A stretch of DNA of 64,000 nucleotides, taken from Octopus vulgaris (Eukaryota). This document shows positions 1 through 14,201 of the stretch, one piece after another (positions within the stretch are counted from its first letter, which is position 1; each line of letters opens with the position of its first letter). The position numbers were made by a program, and so were the translations under genes. The notes below the pieces were generated by a model. The model worked only from the letters and a program-made list of their open reading frames with translations, was not told where the DNA came from and did not search any database. The stretch lies in the NCBI GenBank assembly GCA_951406725.2, contig OX597814.1:210552001-210616000 (forward strand). The letters run 5' to 3'.

Positions 1-3
1 ACA

Positions 4-66
<63 letters not shown>

Positions 67-67
<1 letters not shown>

Positions 68-126
68 CATTCTGCAGAATTGAGCATTCTGCAGAATTGA
101 GCATTCTGCAGAATTGAGCATTCTGC
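67..126. repeat. 17-bp tandem repeat GCATTCTGCAGAATTGA x3.5
   Basis: Directly visible between two (TA)n tracts; each unit contains the palindrome ATTCTGCAGAAT. Confidence 0.95.
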
Positions 127-148
127 ATTTTTTAAAAAAAATTTTCCT

Positions 149-207
<59 letters not shown>

Positions 208-279
208 GAGACAGAGAGAGAGAGAGAGAGTGGGACAGAGGGACAGCTTGAGTTAGATGGTTAGACAGATAGTTAAATA

Positions 280-1394
280 GATCATGTATGTTCTTGTTGC
301 ACGAGGCATATATGTGCTCTTGGATGTTGAAATGTATTGCTAACCGTTTCCCTGAAAAAGAGCACATCTGCCTAAATATATATTATAACCATTGTCACTT
401 GAAATGCGTGAATCACGCCTTACAGCAGCAGCTCCATTTCGTTGCAGCTCAGTTTCACTTGACAGTCAAGGAGTTTAGATTAAGAGAGTGCATACTGGAT
501 AACATATATCTGTGTATGTGTAAATTTAGGATGAACTGTGCAAATATTCCCGAAACATAATTGTAATCTCAGAGCAAAAAAAATATTCTGAAGATGTCAA
601 CCAAAGTTCAGAAGCTGATATTGATGTATTCTTTTGCATGTGATTTAGTTTCTCTAGTCACACCAAACGCCGCCAATATCCTTTTATTCATCTGTTGTTA
701 GGTAAATTATGCAAGTTTCTGGACACTGATAAACGATGTGATGCTATCAACAACTGAAGTAATGTTATCTACAGTCTGATGAACGACGTTTGTGAATGAA
801 GGAAAATACCGAGCATTGCTTTGAATGGATAGTATATTATGTTAATATACAATATACTTAAAAGATGATATGAGTGGCACTTAGGTTTACTAGAAATACT
901 GAATATGGATTTCATGTTTTATGACATAGATGTCAAAATATCGTAGCACATGATGACTTGTCGTTCAGTAAGTCTTATGAACAGATAAACCTGTGACTTG
1001 TTTACAGTTAGTTTTCTCAGCATTATTTTGTAAGGAATGAAGAATTTTGCATATGATTTCGCATATAAATCCGGTGCATTATAATGGTAGCATGTGCATA
1101 AGCTCTCAGATGTAATATAGCTTTATTTTTGATAAGTACATTTATTGTCAGTTGAAATAAAAGAGACCCACGTTTCTTCCGCTGATGAAACATATATCAG
1201 GTGATTGTTCACACTTTTATACGAACAGGTTACAATTTATTGACACTATATTTTCACTGCCACTCTCAGCATTATATGTGATTTCCTATGCGTACGTACT
1301 AAAAACATATATTAATATTACTGTGTGTACATATATTATGTACATATATATACATAAATATGTTTTGAGTACACATACACATATACTATGTATG

Positions 1395-1477
<83 letters not shown>

Positions 1478-3023
1478 AATACACCGTCACTTAAAAGTGA
1501 CCAAAAGTGCAGCGAGCACCAGGATTGCGAGAAATAACAGTCGGAGATTTTTTAACCACAGAAAGCACATGTTCTACTCGGCTAACATGGGAGATATCAT
1601 CCCTACCGCAAGCGAGGTACATTAAGTTAGCATGCTTATTTGTATAGACATTAATACTCATCAGTAATGCTTACTCAATAGCGGGTGGTGAAGCTGAACT
1701 CAAGGCTGTCAATACTTGTAGATTTTACCAAAGGAATCAGCGGCTGATTCCGCACAATGGCTAGATGCAATTTAAAACAAAAAAGAAACAATTCATTGTC
1801 ACTACAAAGCGACTAAGTTTAGAGGGATTACCGGCGTTGCTGGAAATAAGTGTCAGAAACGTCTAAGCCACAGTCAGCACGTGTATTTAACTGTCTGTTT
1901 GCCGACCGGCGACGTCGTATGAGGTCGTACTGCTATGTGGTGGTCTTTTGTACGCTGAGCTTCTCCCCTGTTCGTCGATTTTTGTGATAGTTGAAACAAA
2001 GGAACAATGTTTTTCTAACAATATCGTCGGAATAAGAGAGAACTGGAAATATTATCTCCTGTAAAATATACATAGAAACATATACATATTGAGTGGTGTG
2101 TTTGTGTGTGTTTACTTAATTTGGAGGTTCTGAATATCCTATTGAAAATGCCTCTCTACGCACATTCTGGTTGTATTTCTTGAATACTTCTAATAGAGTT
2201 TTCTTTGATCTAACATATAGAGGCCTTTGTTTCTGCGCTTTTATTGCTATTATATTATTTCAATGGAGTTATAATCATTATAATTCAGATATTGATTCTT
2301 TTTCATCAGGGTTTAAAGATTAAATATATATTTAGGAGTATTGTACACGATATTTTCCCTTTTACTCTCTGAATAAACACGGGTGTTATTACAAGAAATA
2401 AAATCATAACATAACCACTGAATTCATGAACCTTATATTTTAAGAACTGATGTGTAGTGGAGAGTCTTTAGTGAAGTGATTCGACAGAGAAGGCAGCTAA
2501 TGAATAGCATATTACTGTGTTTTCTTACACGGTCTAAATCCTCTAGATATATTGGCGTAGCATTATTTCGCAATAGCTATGACTGTATAGATATGAGGGT
2601 CTATATGTTTTACCTGGACGAATTCAAAATAAAATCAATTGAACAAATGGAAAGAAAATTGATGTAAAATTCCTTGTTAAAACTAGCGTAAGCAACGTCA
2701 GCCATATATACATCACATTAGTCATAATAACTGTAAGTAATAATGTAGAAGAAAGCTAAATATTTTACTAGAAAATCGAATTCTCTGTCTACAGATGAAA
2801 TAAAATCCAGTGAGTAATATGAGCAGGAAAATAGCGAATATTCTGCTCGCTATAACGATATTTTCTCGTGCTGAATTCTATTATCATGATGTAATAAGAA
2901 AAAGTGTAAGAGAGATGCATACATGCATATATATATATACACATACAGCCATTCATACATAGGTATATATGTACATATGGGTGTATGTATGTGTAGGCAT
3001 ATATATATATATGTATGCATATC

Positions 3024-3054
<31 letters not shown>

Positions 3055-3175
3055 TATATCTATTGACATATAGGTATAGATATGTGAATATATATTTATA
3101 CATATATATAGACATATATACATTTATATATATATATATGTGTATGTATATATATGTACATATATGTTAATATAT

Positions 3176-3227
<52 letters not shown>

Positions 3228-5300
3228 GTACATACACACACACATATATATATACATGTGTGCATGTAAGTGTATGTGTTTGTGCCTGAGTATTTGTACG
3301 TGTATGTGCAAATGTGTATGAGTGTGCGTGTATGTGTGTTTGCGTGTGTGTGAGTTTGTATGAAAGAATAAAGTATATATAACAAATATGAAAAACATCT
3401 GATGAAATACGCACTTGAGCATGAGTAAACATCCAACATATATAAACTGTTTATAACAGTGATAAACATTTTCTCTCAATCAACCCAGCTTTACCAAATG
3501 TTTGGCAAAAATAGAACATACATTTGTCGATAGCTGTAATGAAATAGTGTATACCTTGTTAATAGTTTAGAAAGCTTCAATGAAATGTCCCCCAACTGAT
3601 CCATATTAATACTAACTTATACATGCATGTTACTGAAAAAACTTGTATCATACAAATAGGAAACGCATTTAGCAAAGGCCAGACTCCAAACAACATATTT
3701 AATTCTATACGTATAGAAAAATGTTTATTGTACATAGTGTGTGTATATATATATTGAGATTAAAGATAAATTTTCCTACATCTTAACATAGTCTTATGTT
3801 ACGACCAATTCGAAAGTTTGCCACTTTTGAATTATTAGGAGATAAATCATTCACACAACATTCTTCTGTTATCAACGAATGCACAATAGGGTATTTCAAG
3901 CATTTAAAGACAATAAAAAGCATTAAAAAAATATTCGTAACTACAAACAGAAGAGTAAGTGGACCTTCCTATTGTGAACATACGTCCGATAAAAGCAGGT
4001 GCTTATTGTCCGTGCCACTTCGAAGAGATAAGGTGAATTTGGCATGTTAAAGAAACAAATGGAATCTTCTTGTGTTTTATATGTATACCAGGCCTGGTTC
4101 TGAGAACTCCAATAAAATTAAAGTGTGCATAATGAACAGCTCGGTCAGAAACTGCTCTTTAAATCAAAATGAAATTAAAGGAAAACTGATCATATGAACG
4201 GCATTCTTACCTGTAGCAAACAAATCAACGCTTTCCTAATGAAATGTAAAATTTCTGACATGATAGAAGAAAGCTAACAAATAAAGACAAACGGATTGAT
4301 TGAAACAAGCTTAATAGCGACAAACGTAAACTACAATATACGAAACTAAGAGCTGGAGTCCACACCACCAGTCTGCACAATCCACATCAAGAGAAGATAT
4401 TCACATTGGCGGCAATGGAGTTATTGAGAAACGGTGAAATCTCTACGGAACTATCAGAAATAGCAACCACATCTTTACAAATCACAGGATTTTAGGATTT
4501 ACACCTTTTATGAACGGGTGGGGAGATACAGACACAGGGACGTATTTCAAGTCTAGCGTAACTTTCCTGAAGTCGATTATAATTTGATTTGTAATTTGCA
4601 GCTGTTGAACAATTGTGTATTATGAAGGCCTTACTCGAAGTAACGAACTACAACACTTTATCAGCTGTTCCAGCTGGATTTAGCACTCCCAGACAGGATG
4701 GTGTCGATTTAAAGATTAAAATCGACTCCTTGAAAGTCGAGCCCACACTGGATAGTGAATACCGTTGTATTGAAGCTCCGCTTAATTGCTTGGTATTTGG
4801 TTCATACGGAACATCGTGATGGTTACGTACGAACAAGATTTTGACGAAGTTTAACAGTAACAACAATGTGAATGCTTTCGAAAGAATGTATCGGGAGACT
4901 ATATATCTTAAGACGCGACATTAGTGAGAACATTTCTAACGAAACTTTTGATAACATCAATAACAACTATAGCAACATGAACAACATTTAATTACGTTCC
5001 GAGCGAGAAAGTCAGAGAAAACAGGAACGGTTCTGCTACTGTTTTTGAAAAAGCATTTTTTGATAGAAATATAATCCTGACAAGGACGGAAATTTAGAAG
5101 CAATAAGTTGGAAAAAAATCTGTGCCTAAAGAAACCTTTTAAAATGAACAAGAATGAAAATGGAATGATTTATGTGTATGAAAAAGCGGAGAGTCTTCCA
5201 GTTTGCACTGAATGATAAAGAGCAACGTGGAAAAGAAGCATTATTCGAATATTCGGACCCTGTCTTCTCCAACCATCAGGGTAATGAATATTGAAGTATC
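280..5300 (-). pseudogene. Decayed adhesion GPCR, copy A (CUB/SRCR - kringle - HormR - GAIN); GPS/7TM would lie left of the window or be lost
   Basis: Minus-strand hand translation, collinear: CUB-like CQDYISI (5062-5082); SRCR-like IWLTLL (~2690-2707) and TPIYLEDLDR (2529-2558, cf. PIWLDDVxC); kringle-like IKENSIRSIQEIQPEC (2162-2209); HormR-like C..YNAPDL (1066-1083); GAIN-like FTNVVHQTVDNITS (755-796, cf. latrophilin VVETVDNLL) and FRETVSNTFQH (324-356, cf. LxEPVxxTFxH). Many stops and frameshifts. Confidence 0.6.
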
Positions 5301-5417
5301 CGTCCGGTATAAAAAAAAAAAAGACATAGACATATAACAAGAGGTATCATTTTGATACAAATTTGACTATAGTCTCATGACACAATATATAAGCCAGCAG
5401 AATATTCCGATCCCAAA

Positions 5418-5735
5418 GGCGGCGAGCAGACAGAACCGTTAGCACGCCAGGCGAAATGCTTTGTGGTATTTCGTCTGCCTCTACGTTGTGAGTTCAAATT
5501 CCGCTGAGGTCGACTTTGCCTTTTATTCTTTCGGGGTCGATTAAATAAGTACGAATTACGCACTGGGGTCGATATAATTGACTTAATCCGTTTGTTCCCC
5601 CAACATAGCTTGACAACCGATGGTGGTGTGTTTACGTCCCCGTAACTTAACGGTTCGGCAAAAGAGACTATTAGCATAAGTACTAGGCTTCTTTCTCCCC
5701 TCTATGTGTAACTCCTTGTGGGTAGTAAATAAATA
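5418..5735 (+). mobile_element. tRNA-derived SINE family 1, chimeric with a family-2 body segment
   Basis: Head GGCGGCGAG..GTTAGCACGCC..GAGTTCAAATTCC (A/B box-like) and core TTTCGGGGTCGAT..AAGTAC. 5608-5690 matches the family-2 body (GATGGTGGTGTGTTTACGTCCCCGTAACTT), then the family-1 tail CTTGTGGGTAGTAAA resumes. Confidence 0.85.
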
Positions 5736-6441
5736 AAAACACTCCGATCACACATGGTCACATTGACATTTAAATAGTGCTGTCATCGTTATAGTGGTGA
5801 GAGGGGAAGGCCGAAGAGTGACCGACGAGTGTAGGAAATTCTGATGTATTGCACAAGAAACAGAACATTTAAGCCGTTTCGTTGGACGAAGTGACTCATT
5901 GTGTCGTGTAATGATATAGGGCAAATAATTGGGAAGGGTTTGGTTACCAGCGGTGGGGAGTGCAAGTGTTAGTGTACTTTCGTTTTCTGTAGCAAATAAA
6001 TGGAATTTCCTAATTTAAATATTGTGAAATAAAGGAGAATTGTCATTGCTACTCCTCGATATTATTAATTCAGTATGCAATTTCATTATTCGGTGCTAAA
6101 TAATACTTGTTTTACATAAGGTCCAGCTTAGAAAGAATGTATTTTCATATTCTTCAATTAATATACCCCAACTAAAATCATGAAGGTATTACTCATGTAT
6201 AACACCTCTCTCTGCATAAAACTAAGGCTTTGTTAACACACGAAAATGTGCATTCCACCACACATATACACAGAGAAAGAGAGAGAGAAATGGAGACATA
6301 TATATATATATACAGACATACATAAACTTGTGTACCTTCAGGAATACACATACACACACAAACACAGGCACACATACACACATATATACGTCTATGCACG
6401 TGTGTCTCTGTATGAATGTATCTATCGTACGTATATATATG

Positions 6442-6502
<61 letters not shown>

Positions 6503-6937
6503 AAGACCTATCACATTTTTGTGACAGGTCTTTGCATGATCATTTCTTAATAGTGGGGAAGGATTTCCACAAATCCACACCCACCCTCTAGACATGGATA
6601 ACATAAACTCGAAAAGAAGAACCAATCTACAACAACGAATTTTGTGTCATAGTTTTTTCTCTCAGTTTCCCTGTCCTAAAGAGATGTTGTGTCAATAGAG
6701 GGACCTCCCCCATCATGGGAAAATCACGCACCTATACACCAAGCCTGGTATTTTCACGTTCAGGTGCATTCAAACATGCATATATACACCCAAAAACGAA
6801 TTGCTGGATGGCTGTTGACTGTTTATGAACTCTTCTGCCCTTTGACAAATCCCATTTTTCCTCCTGCAGGGTGTCCAACAATCACTCTCCTAACCAAGCA
6901 AGCAAGCTTGATCGGGTTAGTGTATGTGTGCGTGTGC

Positions 6938-7008
<71 letters not shown>

Positions 7009-7425
7009 TTAGTAGAAAATATTTATATCGTATTACTTTTCTGAGAGGCTGCTCTATTTTGATGATTAGCATCTAACAAAATTAATTAAATAGACGGAAC
7101 GCCTCCTATGCTTTTTAATTAGTATCTTAATTAAAAGCTTAAATAATCACCATGAGATAGCAGTGATTATTCTAGCATTCATGAAAGCATCGTTCGTAGA
7201 TAAAGTATCATCATGAAAGCTATTCAAATTTCGGAATTTCCGCTCAAGTTTTAGTATGAACTTTGAAAATGGTAAACTTGATAGTAGTTGTGACAGATTT
7301 ATTACTTTTTATAATTCACTATATTTCGTTTTGTATTCGTCATCGAATGTTTTAAAATTTAAAACTAAGTAAGTATGTAAGTAAGAAGGTAAAATTTATA
7401 TTGCATATCGGAGAATAATTTTCTA

Positions 7426-8046
7426 GGAGTGGCTCTGTGGTAAGTAGGTTGCTTACCAACCACATGGTTCTGGGTTCAGTCCCCCTGCGTGACACCTTGC
7501 GTAGGTGTCTTCTACTATAGCCTCAGGCCGACGAAAGCCCTGTGCGTGGATTTGGTAGACGGAAATTGAAAGAAGCCCGCCGCATGTATGTATATATATA
7601 TATATGTATGTGTGTGTGTTCACTCAGCTGTAGAAATGAGTTGCGACGTCACAGGTGCCAAGCTGTATCGACCTTTGTCTTTCCCTTGGATAACACTGGT
7701 GGCGTGGAGAGGGGAGGCCGGTATGCATGGGCGACTACTGGTCTTCCATAAAACCTTGCCCAGACTTGTGCCTCAGAGGGTAACTCTCTAGGTGCAAACC
7801 CATGGTCACTCATGACCGAAGGGGGTATTTACCCTTTTTATGTGTGTGTGTATGTTTGTGTGTCTATGTTTGTTCTCGATGGTGGTGTGTTTACGTCCCC
7901 GCAACTTAGCGGTTCGGCAAAACAGACTATTAGAATAAGTACTAGGCTTACAAAGAATAAGTCCTGGGGTCGATTTGCTCGACTAAAGGCGGTGATCCAG
8001 CATGGCCACAGTCAAATGACTGAAACAAGTAAAAGAGAAAAAGAGT
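7426..8046 (+). mobile_element. tRNA-derived SINE family 2 (CORE-like), with a nested ~215-bp insertion at ~7620-7835
   Basis: GGAGTGGCTCTGTGGTAAG..GGTTCAGTCCC head, CCTTG..GTGTCTTCTACTATAGCCTC, internal TA/TG microsatellite, tail GACTGAAACAAGTAAAAGAG; homologous copies elsewhere in the window. Confidence 0.85.
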
Positions 8047-8092
8047 AAAATTTAAATCAAGAAAAATATTCTCCGATCTGCAATATAATTTT

Positions 8093-8116
8093 TACCTACT
8101 TACTTACTTACTTACT

Positions 8117-8186
<70 letters not shown>

Positions 8187-8235
8187 GCTGCTACGAATGC
8201 GACGACGACGACTACGACGACTACTGCTACTACTA
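8093..8235. repeat. (TACT)n/(TAC)n microsatellite
   Basis: Directly visible. Confidence 0.95.
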
Positions 8236-8339
8236 AACATAATAATAATCCCTTGGGAGTTGACCATATTGATAAATAATATAAGATGTGGATGTTTAAT
8301 ATTCAAGCTTACATAATAACAGATGCTACAAGTAGTAGC

Positions 8340-8708
8340 AGACAGAGATATAGAACATTCCAGGTATTTGACGAAAGAAAATTTGAGAGATATGACAGGT
8401 TAGCTTATGAAGTTAAGCAGTTGTGGTCGATGAAAAATGTAGCAGTGCTAGCAATAATTGTTGGATCCCTGGGAGCAATGAGCAAAAATCTCGAGAAGTA
8501 CGTGGACCAAATAGGGGCTGCAATAAGTGTCGATCAGTTGCAGAAAACAGCACTGCTTGGAACCGTTCGAACACTCCGGAAGGTGCTCGAAAAATAAGAG
8601 ATGTTACCTGAGTTCACTGGTAGTGAACAGCTGATACTGTAGAACATCTCCAGCGTTAGAAGCTTGGCAAAGACAATAATAATTATTATAATAATATTAA
8701 TAATAATA
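8340..8708 (+). mobile_element. 5'-truncated REL-endonuclease LINE (R4/Dong-like) 3' end with (TAA)n tail
   Basis: ERKFERYDRLAYEVKQLW..VAVLAIIVGSLG..LQKTALLGTVRTLRKVL* is the typical C-terminus of R2/R4-group elements (K..KY..L..E..W; P.V.G.LG); a short 3'UTR and TAA repeats follow. Confidence 0.85.
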
Positions 8709-9644
8709 GGCTAAATCGACACAGATCTACAATCCAAAGAATTGGACAATATCAGGTCGCCACATTGTTCCAACAAGATCAGAAAATTGTTTATTAGCAG
8801 CTGAATGGAAAGTTTATCAATAGTGAGAGAACTTGAGCGCAAGCAATTGCTCGTATAAGCGTACGGGTGTACGCGCACAGACGCATCTATGTATAAATAT
8901 GTTTAAGTAGTGGGGTATATTTGATGAACTTCTGAATAAAAATATGAACAAAGTACTCAGTACACGCCAGAAGCTCTTATTTTCTAACTGGGACAAATCT
9001 TTTGCTGAAATATTATATTACTATTCGTGAAAAATATCCTTTTCTTCTGTGTGGTGTAAATGGAAATTTATTGACATTATGGGTCTTGACTTTGGTGAAT
9101 AAACTAGTGATTGCTGTTTCATCATAATCTCAAAACTCTGTTCTGAAATTTTGCTCGACTGCACAAGAGTGAGATATGGTAAAGGAGGAAATTTTCAATG
9201 CGCATTGGAGAATTTACACATCCAGTAACGGTAAATTGAAAATTCATTTAATTTTGATTTTCTGCTGAAGTCATTTGCATTCTCTGTCCATATTAGTTGC
9301 ATGAACCATACAATTTTCTATTTGTACATCGCATAAAATGTTGTAGACAAATAATAATACATGCTGATATCTTCATTCCATGGATTAGTTGATATTGCAA
9401 ATTGTATATACTATATCGTGGTAAAATATAAACAGCAGCAATATATATTTTAAAAAAGGAAACAGTAAATGTAATTCTATTTTCCGGATGGCTAGTATCT
9501 GATTATTTGTGAGTGATGAGATATTCCCACACAGTTAAAGCTGCTCATACGCATGTAACGTAAATGTTACGATGATTTTTAGCATATTTATCACGCTAAA
9601 TATAAATATATATGTGTGTGTGTATGTGTGTGTGTGTGCTTTAT

Positions 9645-10116
9645 ACTTTTTTCAGTTATTTCAGTCATTTGACTGCGGCCCTGCTAGAGGAACACTTTTG
9701 AGAGTTTTTAGTATACTAGTACCTAGTATACTTGAAGCCTAGAAGTTTTTCTATCGGTCGCTTTTGCGGACTCCTAAGTTATAATTGCCGAACCACTAAG
9801 TTACGGGGAAAAAAAACATACCAATATCGGTAGTCAAGAAATGATGGGGGTGGGTGGCAAGCACAGACGCACAAACATATACACGCACACGCATATATAT
9901 ATATATATATATATATGCGTCTGCGTGTATATGTTTGTGCATATATATATATATACAACGGGCTTCTTTCAGTTTCCGATTTCCGTCTACCAAATTGAGA
10001 CACAAGACTTTGATCGGCCCGAGGCTATAGTAGAAGACACTTGCTTAAGGCGACACGCAGTGCGATTGAAGCTGGAGCCATGTGGTTGGAAAGAAGCTTC
10101 TTACCGCACAGCCACG
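9645..10116 (-). mobile_element. SINE family 2
   Basis: Reverse complement of the 7426-8046 family (CAGTCATTTGACTGCGGCC; GAGGCTATAGTAGAAGACACTTG; CTTACCGCACAGCCAC). Confidence 0.85.
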
Positions 10117-10465
10117 CAGTTCACCTATCGCTGTTTATTATTTAAGCTTATGACCTTTCCTCTGTGATGCTGTTTTGCATTTATAATAAAATTAGTATAT
10201 AGAAATTATAAAATTAATTAAAAAAATACAGTATAGCATTGTTTCTACTTCGCGGATTTTGGAACGTAATATTCCCAATAGTTGAGGGAACTGATGTATA
10301 TGTAAAATAGCAAAACATATATGAGCAAATTATATATAAGCAAATAGCAATATCTATTTAAACAAAATAGCTAGTTTTAAAATCTCACGAAGAGACCAGA
10401 GTTGTAAACGTAGTCGCCACATCGAAGTGGCTATTGAATATTACTATGAGCTTAACGCCAGGCAG

Positions 10466-10515
10466 ATTCTCTGCAACTGACGATGAGATAAATAGCTCGA
10501 AACTAAGTCTCGCGA
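10466..10515 (+). ncRNA. Degenerate minimal hammerhead-ribozyme motif (Penelope-type)
   Basis: CTGACGA-TGAGATAAATAGCTC-GAAAC-TAA-GTC at 10477-10509; stem I is imperfect. Confidence 0.5.
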
Positions 10516-10969
10516 TCTTGGTACCTGCTAGAGTCTAGTAGGGTTTCGGGCACATCTGGAAAATCCTGACCGGATGTGTAACTATCTTTGGTATTGAAAA
10601 GTTACACAAACACCAGAGCGGGTCACCACTGCATGGTGCTAAGAATCCCAGCATTGCCATCATGATACAGGACCAAACGCTGCAAAAGGTTGGATTTCAA
10701 AGGCCAACAGCTTTCAACGTCCTCCCAGAACGCTTCAGAGACGTCCATGTGATCGATACAGATGCCTTCAACACAGCTGTGGAAAGTTCCAGATGAGCCA
10801 AGCACGCGGAGGGCAGCACGAATGAGGACAGTAACATCAAAGTGCCTCTTTGACAAAACACCACATGCAAGGGGAGGTCTCAAGTAGGGAAGATGTATCA
10901 AAGCTGATGGTGGTGCGCTAGCATTGCTGCATCTCTTTATGGCTAAAACGAATAAAAGAAAAATTGAAG

Positions 10970-11018
<49 letters not shown>

Positions 11019-11066
11019 TATATTTATATATATATATATATACACACATACACATATATGTATTTA

Positions 11067-11167
<101 letters not shown>

Positions 11168-12275
11168 AATAAATCTATATATATGCGCACACATACGTGC
11201 ATACATAAATATACATTCGAAACTGTATACACAGCAAGATATGCAGTGTTCTATATCCGATACTTTTTATGAACACAAGTCGTCTGCGTCAATATGTCTC
11301 TTCGCATGGAAACTTACTTTCATATACGAATGTTTATACCTAGACACTTATTCCAAGTATGTATAGATGATCGCTTATGGCTTGTATGTGTGTGTGTGTT
11401 TGAGTGTGTATTTATGTGTGAGTGTATGTACGTGCCTCTGCGTGTGGGTGTTTCTGCGTGCGCGTATATGCTTGTGTATAAAAACACTTCTGTTCAGCGT
11501 GCCATCATTAAATATCGCAACTTGAAGTTCCATTAAAAATTCATTGCACTTAAGTATTTACCGGAAAATGCTACTTTTCACCGGATATTAGTCCCGCCAC
11601 CTGCATGATACATATGTACGTACATACATACATAAATACATATATACATACACATACATTTATATAGATAAATACATTTATCTTTCATCTCTGTATAAAA
11701 CCCATTCCTTCACCTTTTCTCCCACTCTCTTCCTCTATAACACTCTCTCTCTCTTTCTCGATATATACATGTGAGTGTGTCTGTGTGCGTTTGTGTGCAT
11801 GTGTGTTTATATGCGTTGGTGTATTTTTGCAAATGTATGAGTCGATAGCATATATACCCACAGTGGAGATTGAATAAACGAGAACTAACAACTGTAAATG
11901 AATGTATTGAAATATCTCTGCAGATTCCTGTATTCTGTTGGTTTAGTATATACGTGTGTATTTAATTCAAAATTTTTATACATTTATATATTTTTGCCTT
12001 CCTTTGTGTTATCTTGTTGCCGCACAAAAAGAATAACGTCTATTTTTTTCTTGTCTGCAACACTAAAGTCAATATGGATATGTTAAAACACTAGCGTGAG
12101 GAGGGGACATGGTAAATGATGGCCAGAAATGTTTTTAGAAAATATATTATATACGTTCGAATATTTTTCAGGGAACTCACATTATCCAAGTTCACCGTTT
12201 ACTATTGGTGAAATTACTTTTTGTTATTTACACACACAGACACGCAAAAGACACAGATGCATATAATTATATATA

Positions 12276-12309
<34 letters not shown>

Positions 12310-12555
12310 ATATATATATATATACATATATATACATATATATATACATATGTATATATATTTGTATATATACTTATATACGCATGTATATATGTATATG
12401 CATACCTGTATGCATATATGAGTGTTTGTTTTATATATACACATATACAATCAGACACATATTTGTTTTGTGAATAATTTATATATATATATGTGTATAT
12501 ATTCGTGTGTGTTTGTGAGTGTATGTGTATGCATGTATAAATATGTGTGTATGTA

Positions 12556-12600
<45 letters not shown>

Positions 12601-13104
12601 GTATGAGTTTGCGTATGTAGACATATGTAGACATATGTGCGTATGTAAACATGTATAAATACACATCCCTACCCATAGTTGTAAGCTTACATACTCTTAT
12701 CCTCATGATATGCATCTAAACTCTCTTCACCAACCATCTCCCTCTATCATCTCCATCATCACTATCATCATTTCCATTTATATCATTCTCAACATTATTG
12801 CTTTCTCGTTTGTTGTTGGAATAAATAAATGGTAATAAATAAAGATGGAAAGAGTTGTGATAGAGTAAAAAAAACACATTTATTTCATCTTAACGAAGCC
12901 ATTAACGAGTTAAAAACTGTTAATCACACAGGGGTTTCTAGTGTATTGAAAGGTAATATAAATGGTGAAGTTTGGCAAGTGAAAAAATGATTTCAATTCT
13001 TTTTCCTTTATATATCATTTTTGCCGTTCTCTTTCTGTATCTATTGACAATTTAATATATCAACGATTCATTTAGAAATATCAAAAGCATAAACTGCAAC
13101 TGCA

Positions 13105-13190
<86 letters not shown>

Positions 13191-13225
13191 TAATAATATT
13201 AATAATACTAATAATAATGATAATT
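13105..13225. repeat. (TAA)n microsatellite
   Basis: Directly visible. Confidence 0.95.
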
Positions 13226-13239
13226 CTTTCTAACATATA

Positions 13240-14025
13240 TGCACAAGGACTACAATTTGAGCGAGGAGCAAAGTCGGTTTCATCGAGCCCAGTGTTTCAC
13301 TGGTTCTGTATTTATCGACCCATTAAGGATGAAAGACAAATTCAATGGCGGCGCTATTTGAATTCAGGGCGTAGCGACAGACGAAACATCGCTAAGTATT
13401 TCGTCTGGGGTGATAATGATTCTGCCAATTCGGTGCCTTAATAATCCTTTCTGCTTGAAGCACAAAGCCTCAACATTTGGGAGAAGGGGTAAGCGATTAA
13501 TTCGATCCTAGTGTTTAACTGGTACTTAATTTATTGATCCCGAAAGGATAAAAAGGCAAAGTTGACCTCGGTAGAATTTGAAATCTGAACATAACAGCAG
13601 ACAAAATACCTATTTCTTTACTACCCACAAGGGGTTAAACACAGAGAAGACAAACACGGACAGACAAACGGATTAAGTCGATTATATCGACCTCAGTGTG
13701 TAACAGGTACTTATTTAATCGACCCCGAAAGGATGAAAGGCAAAGTCGACCTCGGCGGAATCTGGACTCAGAACGTAGCGGCAGAAGAAATACCTATTTC
13801 TTTACTACCCAAAAAGGGTTAAACACAGAGAGGACAAACAAGGTCAGACAAACGGATTAAGTCGATTATATCGACCCCAGTGTGTAACTGGTACTTATTT
13901 AATCGACCCCGAAAGGATGAAAGGCAAAGTCGACCTCGGCGGAATTTGAACTCACAACGTAGCAGCAAACGAAATACTGCTAAGCATTTCGTCTGGTATG
14001 CTAACGTTTCTGCCAGCTCGTCGCC
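13240..14025 (-). mobile_element. Cluster of SINE family 1: one old copy plus a head-to-tail trimer
   Basis: CCCGAAAGGAT.AAA.GGCAAAGT.GACCTCGG recurs at ~13540, ~13725 and ~13908; junctions read AAATACCTATTTCTTTACTACCC (13605, 13789). Confidence 0.9.
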
Positions 14026-14201
14026 TTAATAAAACTCCTTTATTAAAACTCCAAGTAAGTCCTTTCAACACATGACTATGATACCCCACCTCACTACAGC
14101 TCCTGATGAGAAATGCACATATCGTCAATCATTAAGGTACATGCTCAACTAGTTAAAGTCAAACTGGCAAGCAGGTATGTGGTACTGACAAGCAGGTATT
14201 T

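Noticed and set aside
4200-4260. Second AG|GTAAGA motif on the minus strand (junction 4211/4210)
   Set aside because: Weak pyrimidine tract; could be an ordinary donor or chance.
7426-7500. tRNA genes at SINE heads (also 14202, 23388, 35406)
   Set aside because: A/B boxes are present but continue directly into repeated SINE bodies; no clean cloverleaf is visible.
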